A stretch of DNA of 64,000 nt from Selaginella moellendorffii (taxonomy: Eukaryota; Plantae; Lycopodiophyta), in assembly GCF_000143415.4 (NCBI RefSeq), contig NW_003314282.1:1755374-1819373 (forward strand), in the 5' to 3' direction. The position numbers and the translations under genes were made by a program. This document shows positions 21,736-32,728 of this stretch, piece by piece (positions within the stretch are counted from its first letter, which is position 1; each line of letters begins with the position of its first letter). The notes below the pieces were generated by a model that saw only the letters and a list, made by a program, of their open reading frames with translations, was not told the origin of the DNA and did no database searches.

Positions 21736-22935
21736 ATGGATGACGAGTTGTTCTTCGACAGGGAGAGGGAGATGCAGGAGCTGCTGACGCTTTTGGAGGT
21801 GGGTGCCATGCCCAACATGATAGTACTCATCGGCCCCGCCAACTCAGGCAAGAGTGCCCTCCTGCATCGCCTCCAGAGTCTGTGGGAGGCTGATCAACGC
21901 CTCAAGGCCACGATGCCCGTGTTCTATCTCGACATGAGGCTTGCAGACGTGCACACTCCCGCGCTGGCCGCAGCGAAGATTGGCAATCAGCTGCGCACCT
22001 GGCTTTCGTGGTTTTGGAAGCTGGGGACAGCCGCGGCTACGAGCCTGAAGATCACGTTCAAGGGTGTCAGTTCGGATGCAATGAGCCTCGCCAGTGTCCT
22101 CAAGAAGGAGCCACAGTCGGATCTGGCCTCGGTCATGGCCGCCTTCACAGGTTTGGCGTATGCCGACTGTAATATCAGGCCCGTGTTCATCATTGACGAC
22201 GTGGACAAGCTCAAGAGATGGGACGATAAAGATCTGGACGTTCTGCTGCAGGGTTTTGTCGCCATGACCAAACAAGACCATCGAGCCGTGGTCATCATGT
22301 CTACTTCGGACGACTTCTTCCGGCAGTGGTTTCAGGGGCACGTCCATTCGTCACAGTGGACTCCGCTGGGCGTTGGCCACTTCAGCAAGGAGCATGCGAG
22401 GCAGCTCTACTGCAGGCTACTCAGGGAGCGCGAGGTCCAGCAACCAGATGTCACTGATGAGGAGTGGGAGAGGATCTATGCAGTTTGCGGTGGCAGCCCG
22501 CTTGATCTAGCGAACCTCGTCACGGGCGTCTTCAAGCGCAGGAAGCAGATGGAAGCGGTTCTAGACGGCATGGTAGACGCGGCAAAGACTAGCGTGGAGA
22601 CCGGGGCGCAGGCTATCAAGGGAGAACTCGGCTGGGATGGGGCGAAGTTTAAGTCTGTGGCGCGCCTCATCCTGCAGAACAACGGGGCGGTTGGTATTAG
22701 GACTGTCTATCGCAAGGCATTCGGTGGTGACGTGAATGAGGCCCGAGCACAGCTTCAAGCAATGATCAAGGCCAATGTGATCCATGTCAGGTATGCACCG
22801 GCCGACGTTTCCTACGATGACCTTCACAGGGGTAATGACAAGAGCAAGGACTTCGTCATGGCCATATCCCCTCCGCAGCTCGTCGCCATGAGGGTGTACC
22901 TGGAAGAGGAAGAGGAAGAAGAAGCATTGCCATGA
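21736..22935 (+). CDS. P-loop NTPase of ATPase_2/AAA_16 (archaeal-type, STAND-related) family
   Basis: FFDREREM N-terminal motif, Walker A GPANSGKS, Walker B FIIDDVD, sensor region VVIMSTS, GGSPLDL (GxP-like). A possible upstream exon joins in frame via a GT-AG intron at 21657-21708. Confidence 0.8.
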   Translation: MDDELFFDREREMQELLTLLEVGAMPNMIVLIGPANSGKSALLHRLQSLWEADQRLKATMPVFYLDMRLADVHTPALAAAKIGNQLRTWLSWFWKLGTAAATSLKITFKGVSSDAMSLASVLKKEPQSDLASVMAAFTGLAYADCNIRPVFIIDDVDKLKRWDDKDLDVLLQGFVAMTKQDHRAVVIMSTSDDFFRQWFQGHVHSSQWTPLGVGHFSKEHARQLYCRLLREREVQQPDVTDEEWERIYAVCGGSPLDLANLVTGVFKRRKQMEAVLDGMVDAAKTSVETGAQAIKGELGWDGAKFKSVARLILQNNGAVGIRTVYRKAFGGDVNEARAQLQAMIKANVIHVRYAPADVSYDDLHRGNDKSKDFVMAISPPQLVAMRVYLEEEEEEEALP

Positions 22936-23710
22936 AGGTGTCAATTCTCTAAAGGTTTCAATTCAGGTAAGCGTGTCATGAGGTGCACTCAAACAGGAGC
23001 TGGAGCTCTAAAACGCTTGGGAGAGATGCACTCGCTAGCTAGGACCCAATGTCTTCTAAACGTAGGTTATAAAGTGATTGCTTACTAGTTTACAGTTGAT
23101 TTGTCATATAGCATTAAATGAAAAAGGACTTGCAATTCCCTAGATCTCAGATAGATAGAATTGCAATCTCTTGCTTTCCAACCAGCATATTTGTATATTA
23201 TAAATCGTTTAACATGCATTTAATGAAAGCTTCTATGACAATGTTTATTTTAATAGATTAAGAGAGTAGAAAATCAAGCATAGGTAGAGAAGACAGCATA
23301 TGCTCAAGGGATCCACAAGTGAGTAGAAAATCAAGGGATAAAAAATTTAACTTGTTAGTCTATCAATTAACCATTTTGTCAAAAATGTCATGCAGCTGAC
23401 AGCTATAAATTGAGATTCAAATATAATATGTCAGCTCAATATCACTGGTTTGGTAAATTGTAAATGGCGTGTTATTAAATTTATTATTATGATTTATATC
23501 TATAATAAATGTTTTTTATATTAGTAGTTCATTATCTATTTCTAAATTCTATCATGTATCACTTGGAGTTTGATGTTTGTTGATTTACTGTGTTTTGCTA
23601 TATCTTCTAATATATTAAATCTATTCCTTCTAGATAATGTAGCATCTTTTTTCATTAACACTTCTAGTAAGAGGCAAAATCCAACTTAATGAACCAACAC
23701 CTCCACCCAA

Positions 23711-23894
23711 CTGGGGAAGGAGGACGAACAACAGGTATCGTTTTGATGGAGTGGATGTGTTGTGGGTGGTGATGGTTGATGAAGAGGACAATCTAGTGAG
23801 CTATAGTTTGAGTAGCAAGCACTGGAGAGTCCACTGCTCTAGTGGGCCTTTCAAAGTAGAGACGCATTCATGTGTTTTTGTAGATACTCAATAA
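23711..23894 (+). pseudogene. Orphan copy of the 3' end of the F-box gene
   Basis: Matches 25721-25918 (ttttgatggagtggatgtgttgtgggtggtgatgg...gggcctttcaaagtagagac) with indels. Confidence 0.88.
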
Positions 23895-24019
23895 AAATTA
23901 AAGACTCGGAGCTTTTAGAGGGAAATAGTACTGATAGACGATTTGGAAAAACAAACTTCGTTATCTAGTAATGTTCCTTTCTTCGTATAATAATTGTTCT
24001 TTGTTTCTAGTTTTAAGGC

Positions 24020-24325
24020 TCTGGAACTTTGCCAGAGGCTACCTTCAGGGCCAAACTTCATGTTTCGCTCAAAGACGTGCCAATGCCGAGAGAGAGCAGC
24101 GCCAGATCTGGAGGCGAGTGCGTGCCTGAGCCGGCCATGTTGTCTAGCTGGAGCTCTATGATTTTTACCCTGCATTATCCGCCTGGCTCTCACTAGGTGT
24201 AATTGCAGGGTTTTCTTCAGAACTTCAGAGCTTCTCCAGAACGGGAATCTTTTCTCCTTGCGTTTGTGTCAAGAGAAGACTTAGAAGTGTTCTAAGTTTC
24301 TGGTGTATACCTGGAGGTCGAGCTC
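24020..24325. pseudogene. Degraded DENND6 3' fragment, part direct and part inverted
   Basis: About 24050-24157 matches 20374-20502 directly (aatgccgagagagagcagc..gatctggaggc). About 24232-24325 matches the reverse complement of 20542-20640 (tggtgtatacctggaggtcgagctc). Confidence 0.82.
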
Positions 24326-24637
24326 AAAATTAGCTTATCCATACTATTATGAGATAGTTGCTGTTGATTGGCTCTATAGACAATTCCTAGTAAAGTTCAA
24401 CAATGATTGATTATATCGAAGTTGACCTGTTTCAGGGAGCTGCATTGTTGAATTCGGGCTTGGCAAGCTTACAAGGTAGTTCTTTGTGTGAGGCAGAACA
24501 GGGAAGAGGCGCAAAGTAATTTATAAGCTTGCGAAACTAATAGTTGTATATATGATAATTAAGAATTTATTAATCTGAAGAAATCCATAAAGGTCAGTGT
24601 GCGAGTATATAAGATACGAGGCTATTAGGGCTAGACG

Positions 24638-25918
24638 ATGGCGCGTAAGCCACTAAGTAGGACTAAACTCGTCTGGAAGCATCCACCAAAGAGAAAGACT
24701 CCCAAAGCTTCGGAGCCGCCAGCGATCAATGCCCCGGGTAGAAAATCTTTTCTCCCGCCGGACGCACCGCGAAAGAGGGTCCAAAGTTGTGGGCAGGACA
24801 GTTGTAGTTCTCCGCAGGAGCAGCAGCGATCTCGCGTAGCGATTCCATACGATGAGGAGGAGAATCGAGAGCTAGGGCTTCTAGATAGGGACCTCGAAAG
24901 GCTAGTTTTGGAACGCATCCCTCTCGCCTCGCGCATGACAGCCCGGGCAGTGTCGCGCGCCTGGAATTCCAAGCTCTCCACTCGTCCCCCAGCCACGCTG
25001 GTGGTGCTCAACGCCTGGAACTCCCGCCAGCTCATCGCCTTTGACACGTGCCACGGTTTCTGGGCAGCGCTGCCCGACGCTTGCTCCCTGCCAGTGGGAG
25101 CCTCGCGCCTGCTTGGGGCAGCCGGTGACGTGGCGCTTGCCAAGTCCGAGTGCCCGGGCAGGGTGTTGGTGGGCAGCCCGCTGGGAGGTGGCTGGGCTGA
25201 CGTGGTTTTACCGCCAATGTGGCTCTCCGACATGGCAGTAGCTCCCGTGCATTTCCTCACAAGGCGACCACACGATGCCTTCCAGGTCATCTCCATCCAC
25301 GGCCACACAAGCTACGTAAGTCTCTACGACTCGAGCCGGCCAGGTCATTGGTCCACACGTAAACCAGCCCCGTGCATCCCCCGGTTCCAGGCAGCCAAGA
25401 TTCCTTGCCATGACCGTGCCTACCACACCATTGCCGGTGACACCATCTATTACGAGGACCAAATAGATAGGGCCACCCTGTCCCAGTTCTTGTCCCGTAT
25501 AGTTCGCTACTCTTTGCTTGACCAGTCAACGGCATGGACTGTGTCAAGGTGGCCCGATAACTGCACGGGCTCCGGCGGTGGAAAGATGGTCTACTGTGGC
25601 GGTCATCTCTTTGTTATCGATGTTGGGACGAGAAGCGTTGAGTTGCAAGCTTTAGATACAATAGTGGTGTGGAGATTTGTATGGAAGAGTGGTGAATGGC
25701 TGGTGGAGTCCAACTGCCCGGTTGGGGCAAGGAGGACGTCGAGCAAGGGATATTGTTTTGATGGAGTGGATGTGTTGTGGGTGGTGATGGCTGATGAAGA
25801 GGGTAGTGTAGAGAATCTAGTGAGCTATAGTTTGAGTAGCAAGCAGTGGAGAGTTCACTGCTCGAGTGGGCCTTTCAAAGTAGAGACAAGTTCATGTGTT
25901 TTTGTGGATACACGATAG
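24638..25918 (+). CDS. Intronless F-box protein with divergent C-terminal beta-rich domain
   Basis: F-box-like LLDRDLERLVLERIPLASRMTARAVSRAWNSKL, followed by a kelch/FBA-like region; 426 aa. Confidence 0.75.
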   Translation: MARKPLSRTKLVWKHPPKRKTPKASEPPAINAPGRKSFLPPDAPRKRVQSCGQDSCSSPQEQQRSRVAIPYDEEENRELGLLDRDLERLVLERIPLASRMTARAVSRAWNSKLSTRPPATLVVLNAWNSRQLIAFDTCHGFWAALPDACSLPVGASRLLGAAGDVALAKSECPGRVLVGSPLGGGWADVVLPPMWLSDMAVAPVHFLTRRPHDAFQVISIHGHTSYVSLYDSSRPGHWSTRKPAPCIPRFQAAKIPCHDRAYHTIAGDTIYYEDQIDRATLSQFLSRIVRYSLLDQSTAWTVSRWPDNCTGSGGGKMVYCGGHLFVIDVGTRSVELQALDTIVVWRFVWKSGEWLVESNCPVGARRTSSKGYCFDGVDVLWVVMADEEGSVENLVSYSLSSKQWRVHCSSGPFKVETSSCVFVDTR

Positions 25919-26153
25919 GGTATCTACAAATCCCTGGAGAGAAATAGAAGCTTTAGTCTTTTACTTCTTTTCTGCTTCTCAAAACACGTTTTCAGCACTG
26001 GAGAAGTCAGAGGAAAAAAGACAAGCAAAAAAATGCAGTTTACCACAATAGAGTATTTACAAATCCCTGGAGAGAAGTACTTTTGATGGAAGATCTAGTC
26101 TTTTTCTTCTTTCCTGCTTCTCAGAATACCTTTTCAGCACTGGAGAAGTCAGA
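25919..26153 (+). repeat. Diverged direct repeat of about 95 bp downstream of the F-box gene
   Basis: tacaaatccctggagagaa...ctgcttctc...ttttcagcactggagaagtcaga occurs at about 25925 and about 26058. Confidence 0.85.
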
Positions 26154-26319
26154 TAAAACAGAGAAAAAGGAAAAAGAAAAACTACGCTCGATCCCTCACT
26201 AATCTGATCCGCAAAGAGCACATAGCTGAAATTTTTATCTGCTAAAATAAGATCAATGGTTGCAATCTTTGAAAAGAGATTGTGATTCTAGAGTTCCAAA
26301 CTTACTGTAGTAAGGATAT

Positions 26320-26415
26320 TGTGGAGGAACAATGTTTTCGCATCATCAGCCAAGCAGACAATATTATGGAAACAAAACTCCAGTAAATCAGCAAAAAGTG
26401 AAAGCAAAAAGTGCA
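26320..26415. pseudogene. Third degraded copy of the GOS1 3' end/3' UTR
   Basis: gtggaggaacaatgttttcgcatcatcagcc...ccagtaaatcagcaa matches 27221-27330. Confidence 0.65.
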
Positions 26416-27303
26416 TAAACATCTTAATGTTTATTAATATTATTAGTGTGATATAATATTAATAATAAACCAGCAAACCAATGAAGCTTAAGCAAGCTCA
26501 ATTATTTGATATGTTATATAGTGTTGTTTTATGCAACATAGTAAAACTAGCATTTTACTTTGTTATACAATATAATGCTATATGTTTTTTAATACCATAT
26601 AATGTTGGAATTGCAACATAATTTTTGTAACATAATAAACTTAAACATTCTTATTTTTGGTTTGCTTAAGATTGTAGCGAATATATCTAAAATATGCTTA
26701 AATATTCTAAGATATTCTTAGTGTAGATCCTTCTTCCATCCATAGATTCCTCATGGACATTGAGTCCAGTTTTTGTTTTGTTTTGTTTTTTTTTTTTGAA
26801 AGAAGAGAATAATTAGAATGCAAAAGTAATATTAATACTAATGGTAATAAGTTTTCATAATGCATTTTATTATGAGAACTTGGACAACTTGTTATGTTAT
26901 TCAAACCAACAAATTGGAATATTATTATTGTGTTGCTTAGTGTTCTCCCAATCATCATGATTTTGGGTTGCAAATTGCAACAAAAAAATTATGTTACAAT
27001 TGTGTTATAGTGATTACAACCATGGGAGAAAATCTTCAAGAAGATCCTCGCGCTACTAAATCCTCAGCAGGCACAAATCTTTCTCCTTTCCTCGTTCTTT
27101 CTCGAAATTTCGACCTTGTGCATGGAATAGGCTGCTTCATTGAGGAGTAACGAGTGAGCTGGTATTCTCTCCGGAGTGAAAAGGTCTGCCTATAATCGTG
27201 GAATTTTGAGCACGCAAATTGTAGAGGAACAATGCTTTCGCATTATCAGCCAGGAGCTTGCCTTGGAAACTTATATAGACAAAAGCATTGAAAAAAACTC
27301 CTG

Positions 27304-28300
27304 TCACTTGGCCATCCAGTAAATCAGCAAGAAGAGAAGGCAAAATGCGATCACGGCCGAGAGTATCAACGTATCTCTGGAACGCTTTCTCTTGATAGCA
27401 CCTGTGGTGAAAGAGAGCGATCGAGAGAGTCAAGGAGTGATCGAAAGCTTGTGTTTCGGGCTTACCAAGAAGGCTTCGAACGATCGGAAATCTATCACTG
27501 AGCTGCTTCATCTTGCCCTGGATCTCGAGAAACGTCGACCTCTGGAACGAGAGAGCGGCCTTGGTCGCTTGAGCTTGGCCGATGACATCGTCGATCTGTG
27601 GAGATGGTCACGAGTTGTCACGTTAAAGTCGGCAAGTTCTTACCTGGGAGATGCTTCCGTGGATAGCAGCACGCTCTCGGAGTAGACTTGGCCCCGGCGA
27701 AACATTCCCAGAGGCCTGCAATGATTTTTCCTATCACAAAAATGTTCTATCAAGCTTTTGATCGAAAGGAACCTTGAATTCACTGATCTCGCTCCGGACC
27801 GATGACAAGAGATCGGCATGCTCTCGCATGGAGTTGATATTCCCTCTTGTTCTTCGGAATTCCTGAAAGCTTTCCTAGTCTGATCGAGGACAAAGAACAA
27901 AATCCAAAGAACCTGGGTGAGCTCGTGGAGAATATCGCGATGCCGCGCGAGCTTCTGGCTGATCGAAGCCGTCGACGTCGCCGACGCGACGCAGCGGCTC
28001 ATTGCATCGTTGAGATCCAGGAGCTTCTCCAGCAGCGACTCGATTTCCATCTCCATGGAATTGTAGGCCACATCGCCGGCCCCGGCGCCATGCCCGTCTG
28101 TGGTGGAGGGAGAATCCACATACCCTACCAAGCTACACTGAGTCTGGCAAGAGATCCTAGATCGCAAGAGGGAAATTCTTACCTCCGTGCGCCAGCATTC
28201 CTCCCAGCTTGGCGTAGGACGAGAGCTTGACATCGAGGTCGCCTTCGATCTTGCGAGCTTCGCGCCTCAGCTCCTCCCATCTCACATCGCCTTCTTCCAT
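27304..28300 (-). CDS. GOS1: Golgi SNARE GOS1 (GOS11/12-like)
   Basis: WEELRREARKIEGDLDVKLSSYAKL, MEMEIESLLEKLLDLNDAM, KLARHRDILHE, KKRSRDTLILSAVIAFCLLFLLIYWMAK (TM tail). Multi-exon. Confidence 0.92.
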
Positions 28301-28405
28301 CGCGAGAGATGGGAAAATTTCTAACCTAGAGGGATCGAACCCACATTCTTTGTGGGTATATTCGCGAGATGCTATTTTCTTTATTGTGGGTTTAGGGTTT
28401 AGGGC

Positions 28406-30203
28406 ATGGGCAAGCGGCGGGCGGAGAGAAAGCCCGGCAAGAGCAGGGCCCCCAGCGGCGATGGTACCAGCGCCAGGAAGAAGAAGAAGCCGCAGCGATC
28501 GGTCGCGGAGGATGATTTCTTCGACGGCGCTAGCAGCGAGGAAGAGAATGCCGCGCGGGAGGAGGAGGTAGCCGACGATGGCGAGGATCTGGAGGAGACT
28601 GTGCACGAGAAGAAGGTACGCCTTGCCAAGGCCTATCTTGAGAAGCTCAAGGCCAAGGCGGCCGAGGAGGAGGAGGATCAAGGCGATGAGGAGGTTGGGG
28701 AGGATGAAAGACAGGGGAGGAGGGACTCGGTTGTTGCGGATTTGCTGCGCCAGGAGCAGCTAGAGGAGAGTGGGAAAATCCAGAGGAAGATCGCTTCCAG
28801 GTAAAGAGAACAAGCTTTCTTCTCTCGTCCCAGGAACGACTTATAACTGTGGTCTTAGATTGTTGCTGCCAGAGGTTCCAAGCGAAGGAAACTTGTTGAT
28901 CCGGAAGCACAGGCTCTCAGTCACGGCTCTAGCTCTTACCGAAGACGAAAAGTGGGGATTTTCTGGCTCCAAAGATGGACTTCTGCTGCAATGGGACGTC
29001 GAGACTGGCAAGTGTTTTCGCTACGAGCGACCAAAACCTGAGAAATCAGCGGAAGCTGGCAAGAAGCCCAGCAGCAGCCGAATCCTTGCGCTCGCGGTAG
29101 ATTCCAGCGGAAGATATCTCGCCAGCGGAGGACCCGATAGATCAGTGCACTTGTGGGACGTGAGAACTCAAGCACACATACAGGTGGGTGATTCTTTTGA
29201 CGCTTGATTTTAAAATCCTGATTGGTACTATAGGCGTTTCCAGGACACAGGGGTGCTATCACTTCCTTAGCATTTAGACAAGGAACGACACAACTCTTCT
29301 CCGGCTCCTCTGATCGGACTTTAAAGCTCTGGAGTGCCGAGGACAGATCGTACATGGACACTCTTTTTGGTCACCAATCCGAGCTTGTGTCCGTCGACTG
29401 CTTAAGGCAAGAACGTGTTCTTTCGGCTGGACGGGACCGGACTCTCAGGCTTTGGAAGGTATGTCGCTGGCTGCTTTGAGTTTTCGTACTTAATTTTTCT
29501 TACAGTTCATTTCGTGGCACAGGTTCCTGAAGAAACGCAGCTCGTCTTTAGAGGCTATACGGCATCGATCGAGTCGTGCTGCTGTATAACAAACGGAGAG
29601 TTTTTGTCTGGTGCTGACGATGGCTCCGTCGCGCTCTGGAGTGCATTGAGGAAGAAGCCCGTGTATATAGCCAAAAGTGCGCATGGGCCAAAGGTGGAAG
29701 AACACAGGAACGGTGATACTCCTTGGATCTCTCTTTTCACTGTGAAAGTTCTAACTTTCGACTGTTCCAGGTGAGACATCGCTACCAGCGTCGTGTGGAG
29801 CAATTGAGGCATGGGTCGGGGCAGTGGCTACTTGCCGAGGTAGCGATCTAGTAGCAAGTGGAGCTGGAGACGGCAAAATCCAACTTTGGTCAGTAGAAGA
29901 TGGGAATAAAAGTCTCAAGCCTCTTCATACTCTACCAGCCGTAAGTTTCTTAATCCTTTTCGCCTCTCACGACGATCGATCAACCCTCTTTCAACCTTCG
30001 CAGAAAGGATTTGTTAACGCGCTAGCGTTTGCTCGTAGCGGGCGCTTCCTACTAGCAGGAGTTGGCCAAGTAAGTCTCTATTCATCCATTGATTTACTCA
30101 AACACAAAGTACTGTACAGGAACCTCGCCTGGGAAGATGGGCTCGAAACTCTCAGGCCAAGAACGGCGTTCTAGTTCACAAGCTAGAGCTAGCATCATTG
30201 TAG
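28406..30203 (+). CDS. RRP9: U3 snoRNP-associated WD40 protein RRP9/U3-55K (YAO-like)
   Basis: EETVHEKKVRLAKAYLE acidic N-terminus; WD repeats (YLASGGPDRSVHLWD, DTLFGHQS, VPEETQLVFRG); GVGQEPRLGRW. Confidence 0.92.
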
Positions 30204-30312
30204 AGGTACTGTACTCGACTCGGCTCAAAATACACTGAAGTTTTGGACAAGTGAGGTGGTGGCATTAACACAGAGTGAAGAAGAGAAGTGAAAGGAAGAA
30301 CAGAGCTTACTT

Positions 30313-31617
30313 TCATAGAGGTGTCGACAAAATGTCCGCTGCTGCCTCCTCCGGCGCTGGCTCCGCCGCCGCCGGGAGATCTTCCTCCACTCCGAGGATA
30401 TCGGCGCTCAAGCCAAATCTCCCGGCTCCTTGTTGGAACTGCAAGTCCTCGGCCCGAGCAGCAGCCTCGGCCTGCGCGACCCTTTGCCGGAACGTCATCG
30501 CCATCTCGTCCGCCTTCTCGTACACCAGCGATGGATTCCGCAACATATCTCCAGGGGTCGGCTCCAGCTTCTTGGTGGACAAGCTTATGCGCCCCCGATC
30601 CTTGTCATGGCTCAAAACCATGACTTTGAGCTTGTCACCCGGCGAGAGGACGTTCTCCACGGTGGTGATCCGGTCGTGGCTGATCTGGCTTACGTGCAAG
30701 AGCCCAGTGAGTCCTCCCAGATCGATGAACGCGCCGTATGGTTTGATCGTCTGGACGGTTCCCACCACCACCGAGCCGATGCCCAGCGTGGCTTGATTCT
30801 CTGCTAGAGCTTTCCTGTGGCTCACCACCAGCCTCTTTTGTTCTTCGTCCACCTCGAGAACTTTCACTGGGAGCTCCCTTCCTGTGAGATTCTCCTGGTT
30901 GAGGCCTCCGGCGAGCTGCGAGAATGGAAGGAATGCCTTGAGGCACTCGATCTGGAGCGAGAGGCCACCGCGGTTGCTGCTCACCACCACGCCCTTGCAA
31001 ATCGCGTCCTCGGCCTGGATTTGCTTGAGCCTCTCCCACGAGAGCTTGATGTGCATCTCGCGGAGGCTGACGATGAAGCGGCTGTTCTCCTCGTCCTCGC
31101 GGACCACCTCGAATTGCTCCTGGACGCCGGAGAAGAGACCCATGACACGCAGATCCTTGAGCTTGAACACCGACGCCAAATCCATGGGCAGGAAGGCCAT
31201 GGATTTGCCGCCAATGTCCACCAGCGCGCCCAGCTTGTCGGTGACGAACACCGTCCCCTTCACCACATCGCCCACGCTGTGGTCGAATTCGTACTTGGAC
31301 AGCGCCTCCTCGAACTCCTCCACCGTGAACGGCACGCCCTCGAGAGGATTCTCCTGGAGCGCCTCCCACCGCCGCTCAATCTCCTCCTTGATGTCCAGAT
31401 TCCGCGAGCGCGGGTCCGCGAAGGCTACCACGCAGTGGACACGCGCCGCATTCTTGCCGCCGCCTGGAAATCCTCCCGCGGCCTTGCGATTGCTGCCGAG
31501 AAACCCTCGCCTGCCCGCGAAGCTGCTGCTGCTGCTAGATCCTACCACTAGCGGCTTCCCGATGCCAATCCCGCCGCCTAGCTGCGTCGTCGTCGTCGCC
31601 ACCGCCGCTGCCCCCAT
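30313..31617 (-). CDS. PRPS1: Plastid 30S ribosomal protein S1, intronless
   Basis: Transit-peptide-like N-terminus; three S1 domains (GALVDIGGKSMAFLP, IKPYGAFIDLGGLTGLLHVSQISHD); RISLSTKKLEPTPGDMLRNP. Confidence 0.93.
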   Translation of the reverse strand: MGAAAVATTTTQLGGGIGIGKPLVVGSSSSSSFAGRRGFLGSNRKAAGGFPGGGKNAARVHCVVAFADPRSRNLDIKEEIERRWEALQENPLEGVPFTVEEFEEALSKYEFDHSVGDVVKGTVFVTDKLGALVDIGGKSMAFLPMDLASVFKLKDLRVMGLFSGVQEQFEVVREDEENSRFIVSLREMHIKLSWERLKQIQAEDAICKGVVVSSNRGGLSLQIECLKAFLPFSQLAGGLNQENLTGRELPVKVLEVDEEQKRLVVSHRKALAENQATLGIGSVVVGTVQTIKPYGAFIDLGGLTGLLHVSQISHDRITTVENVLSPGDKLKVMVLSHDKDRGRISLSTKKLEPTPGDMLRNPSLVYEKADEMAMTFRQRVAQAEAAARAEDLQFQQGAGRFGLSADILGVEEDLPAAAEPAPEEAAADILSTPL

Positions 31618-31864
31618 CGATCGATGATTCGATCGCTACCCTAGCTATCCATCCATTTTCTTGGGGTTAAACCCTAAACCCCCAATCTTCCAACTAGAAC
31701 CACAAGTATATCCACAAAGCCAAATAAATATTTGGAGGGAGATGATGCTATGATCTCGCGATCACAAGACAAAGAAAAATCATAACCCAATCCGCGATTC
31801 CTTAATGGAAAGCAACGCAGTCATTGACTCCGCGATTTGATCTTAAAGTTTTTTAATTGGCCAG

Positions 31865-32036
31865 GCGTGCCGCACGGCTCGAGTGAAGTGACGCCCGCGG
31901 CACGGTGCCGCGCGGCGTGTACGATAGGCTACGGTGCCGCTGGTAATTGTACGGTGGAGGAGATTTGAAAACATTTGTACCGCGCGCTCCTTACAGCCCG
32001 TGCCGCGCGGTACAAGAAGTGACGCCGGCGGTACGG
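31865..32036. promoter_or_regulatory. Cluster of GTAC (SPL/CuRE-core) and GTGCCGC motifs in the PRPS1-remorin divergent spacer
   Basis: GTAC at 31919, 31949, 31977, 32010 and 32031 (two as GTACGG); GTGCCGC four times; GAAGTGACGCC twice. Confidence 0.4.
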
Positions 32037-32728
32037 AGTTTAATTTGCTCCCTAGAATAATTTTGGAGCCAGCAAGGAGGCTCTGTCCTGAGATTTGTTT
32101 TGTCTGCCAGAGGAGAGTCAGAGACGAGGCAGTCAGTCGAGGGTCTATGTGTGAGAGTGTGTAATCTTGTGAGAAAGAATTCCACTCCACCACTCCATTT
32201 CTATCTATCTAAAGAGGTGGGAGGGAGCTCTTCTCTTCCCATCCAAAATCCCATTTTTCTCGCGCAAAATCCCGTTTTTCCGTGCCACTCCTCTCCCGCG
32301 CGATCGATCTCGCCACTGGGCGCTCGCCTCCCAATCGCCCTCTTCCTCCATTTTCCTCTCTCGTTCTTTCTTCTTCCTCTCTTCTTCTCGGTAGGTTTGT
32401 GGGTGTTTCGAGTTCGTTCGCCATCGTTTTCCAGGTGAAGAGCAACAGAGCGTGAGGAGGAAAACTAGCAGCCAGGAGAGAAATCAATGCTGCTTCCATC
32501 TCCATCGCTGGAAAGCTCTTCGTCTTCTTCTTCTTTCTCTCGCTCTTAAGTCTCTCTTCTGCTGGCGCCCGTGACTACGTACTATTCCATTGCCCAATCG
32601 AGGGAATTGGAGACGCGAGCTTGGAATTCGAGCGAGGGGCCAATGTAGGCTCTCTGGGAGCCAAGGTATGGACCGATTCCATTTTCTCTTTCTCTTACCA
32701 GCGATAGATCCGTGTCTAGGAACGAGCA

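Noticed and set aside
26707-26973. Short hydrophobic ORF in the AT-rich tract
   Set aside because: Low complexity, includes a T-run, and has no paralogue or motif support.
30430-31627. Long antisense/alternate-frame ORFs over PRPS1, and similarly over the PPRs, DENND6, remorin and BAHD
   Set aside because: Expected shadows of GC-rich coding sequence; no recognisable motifs.
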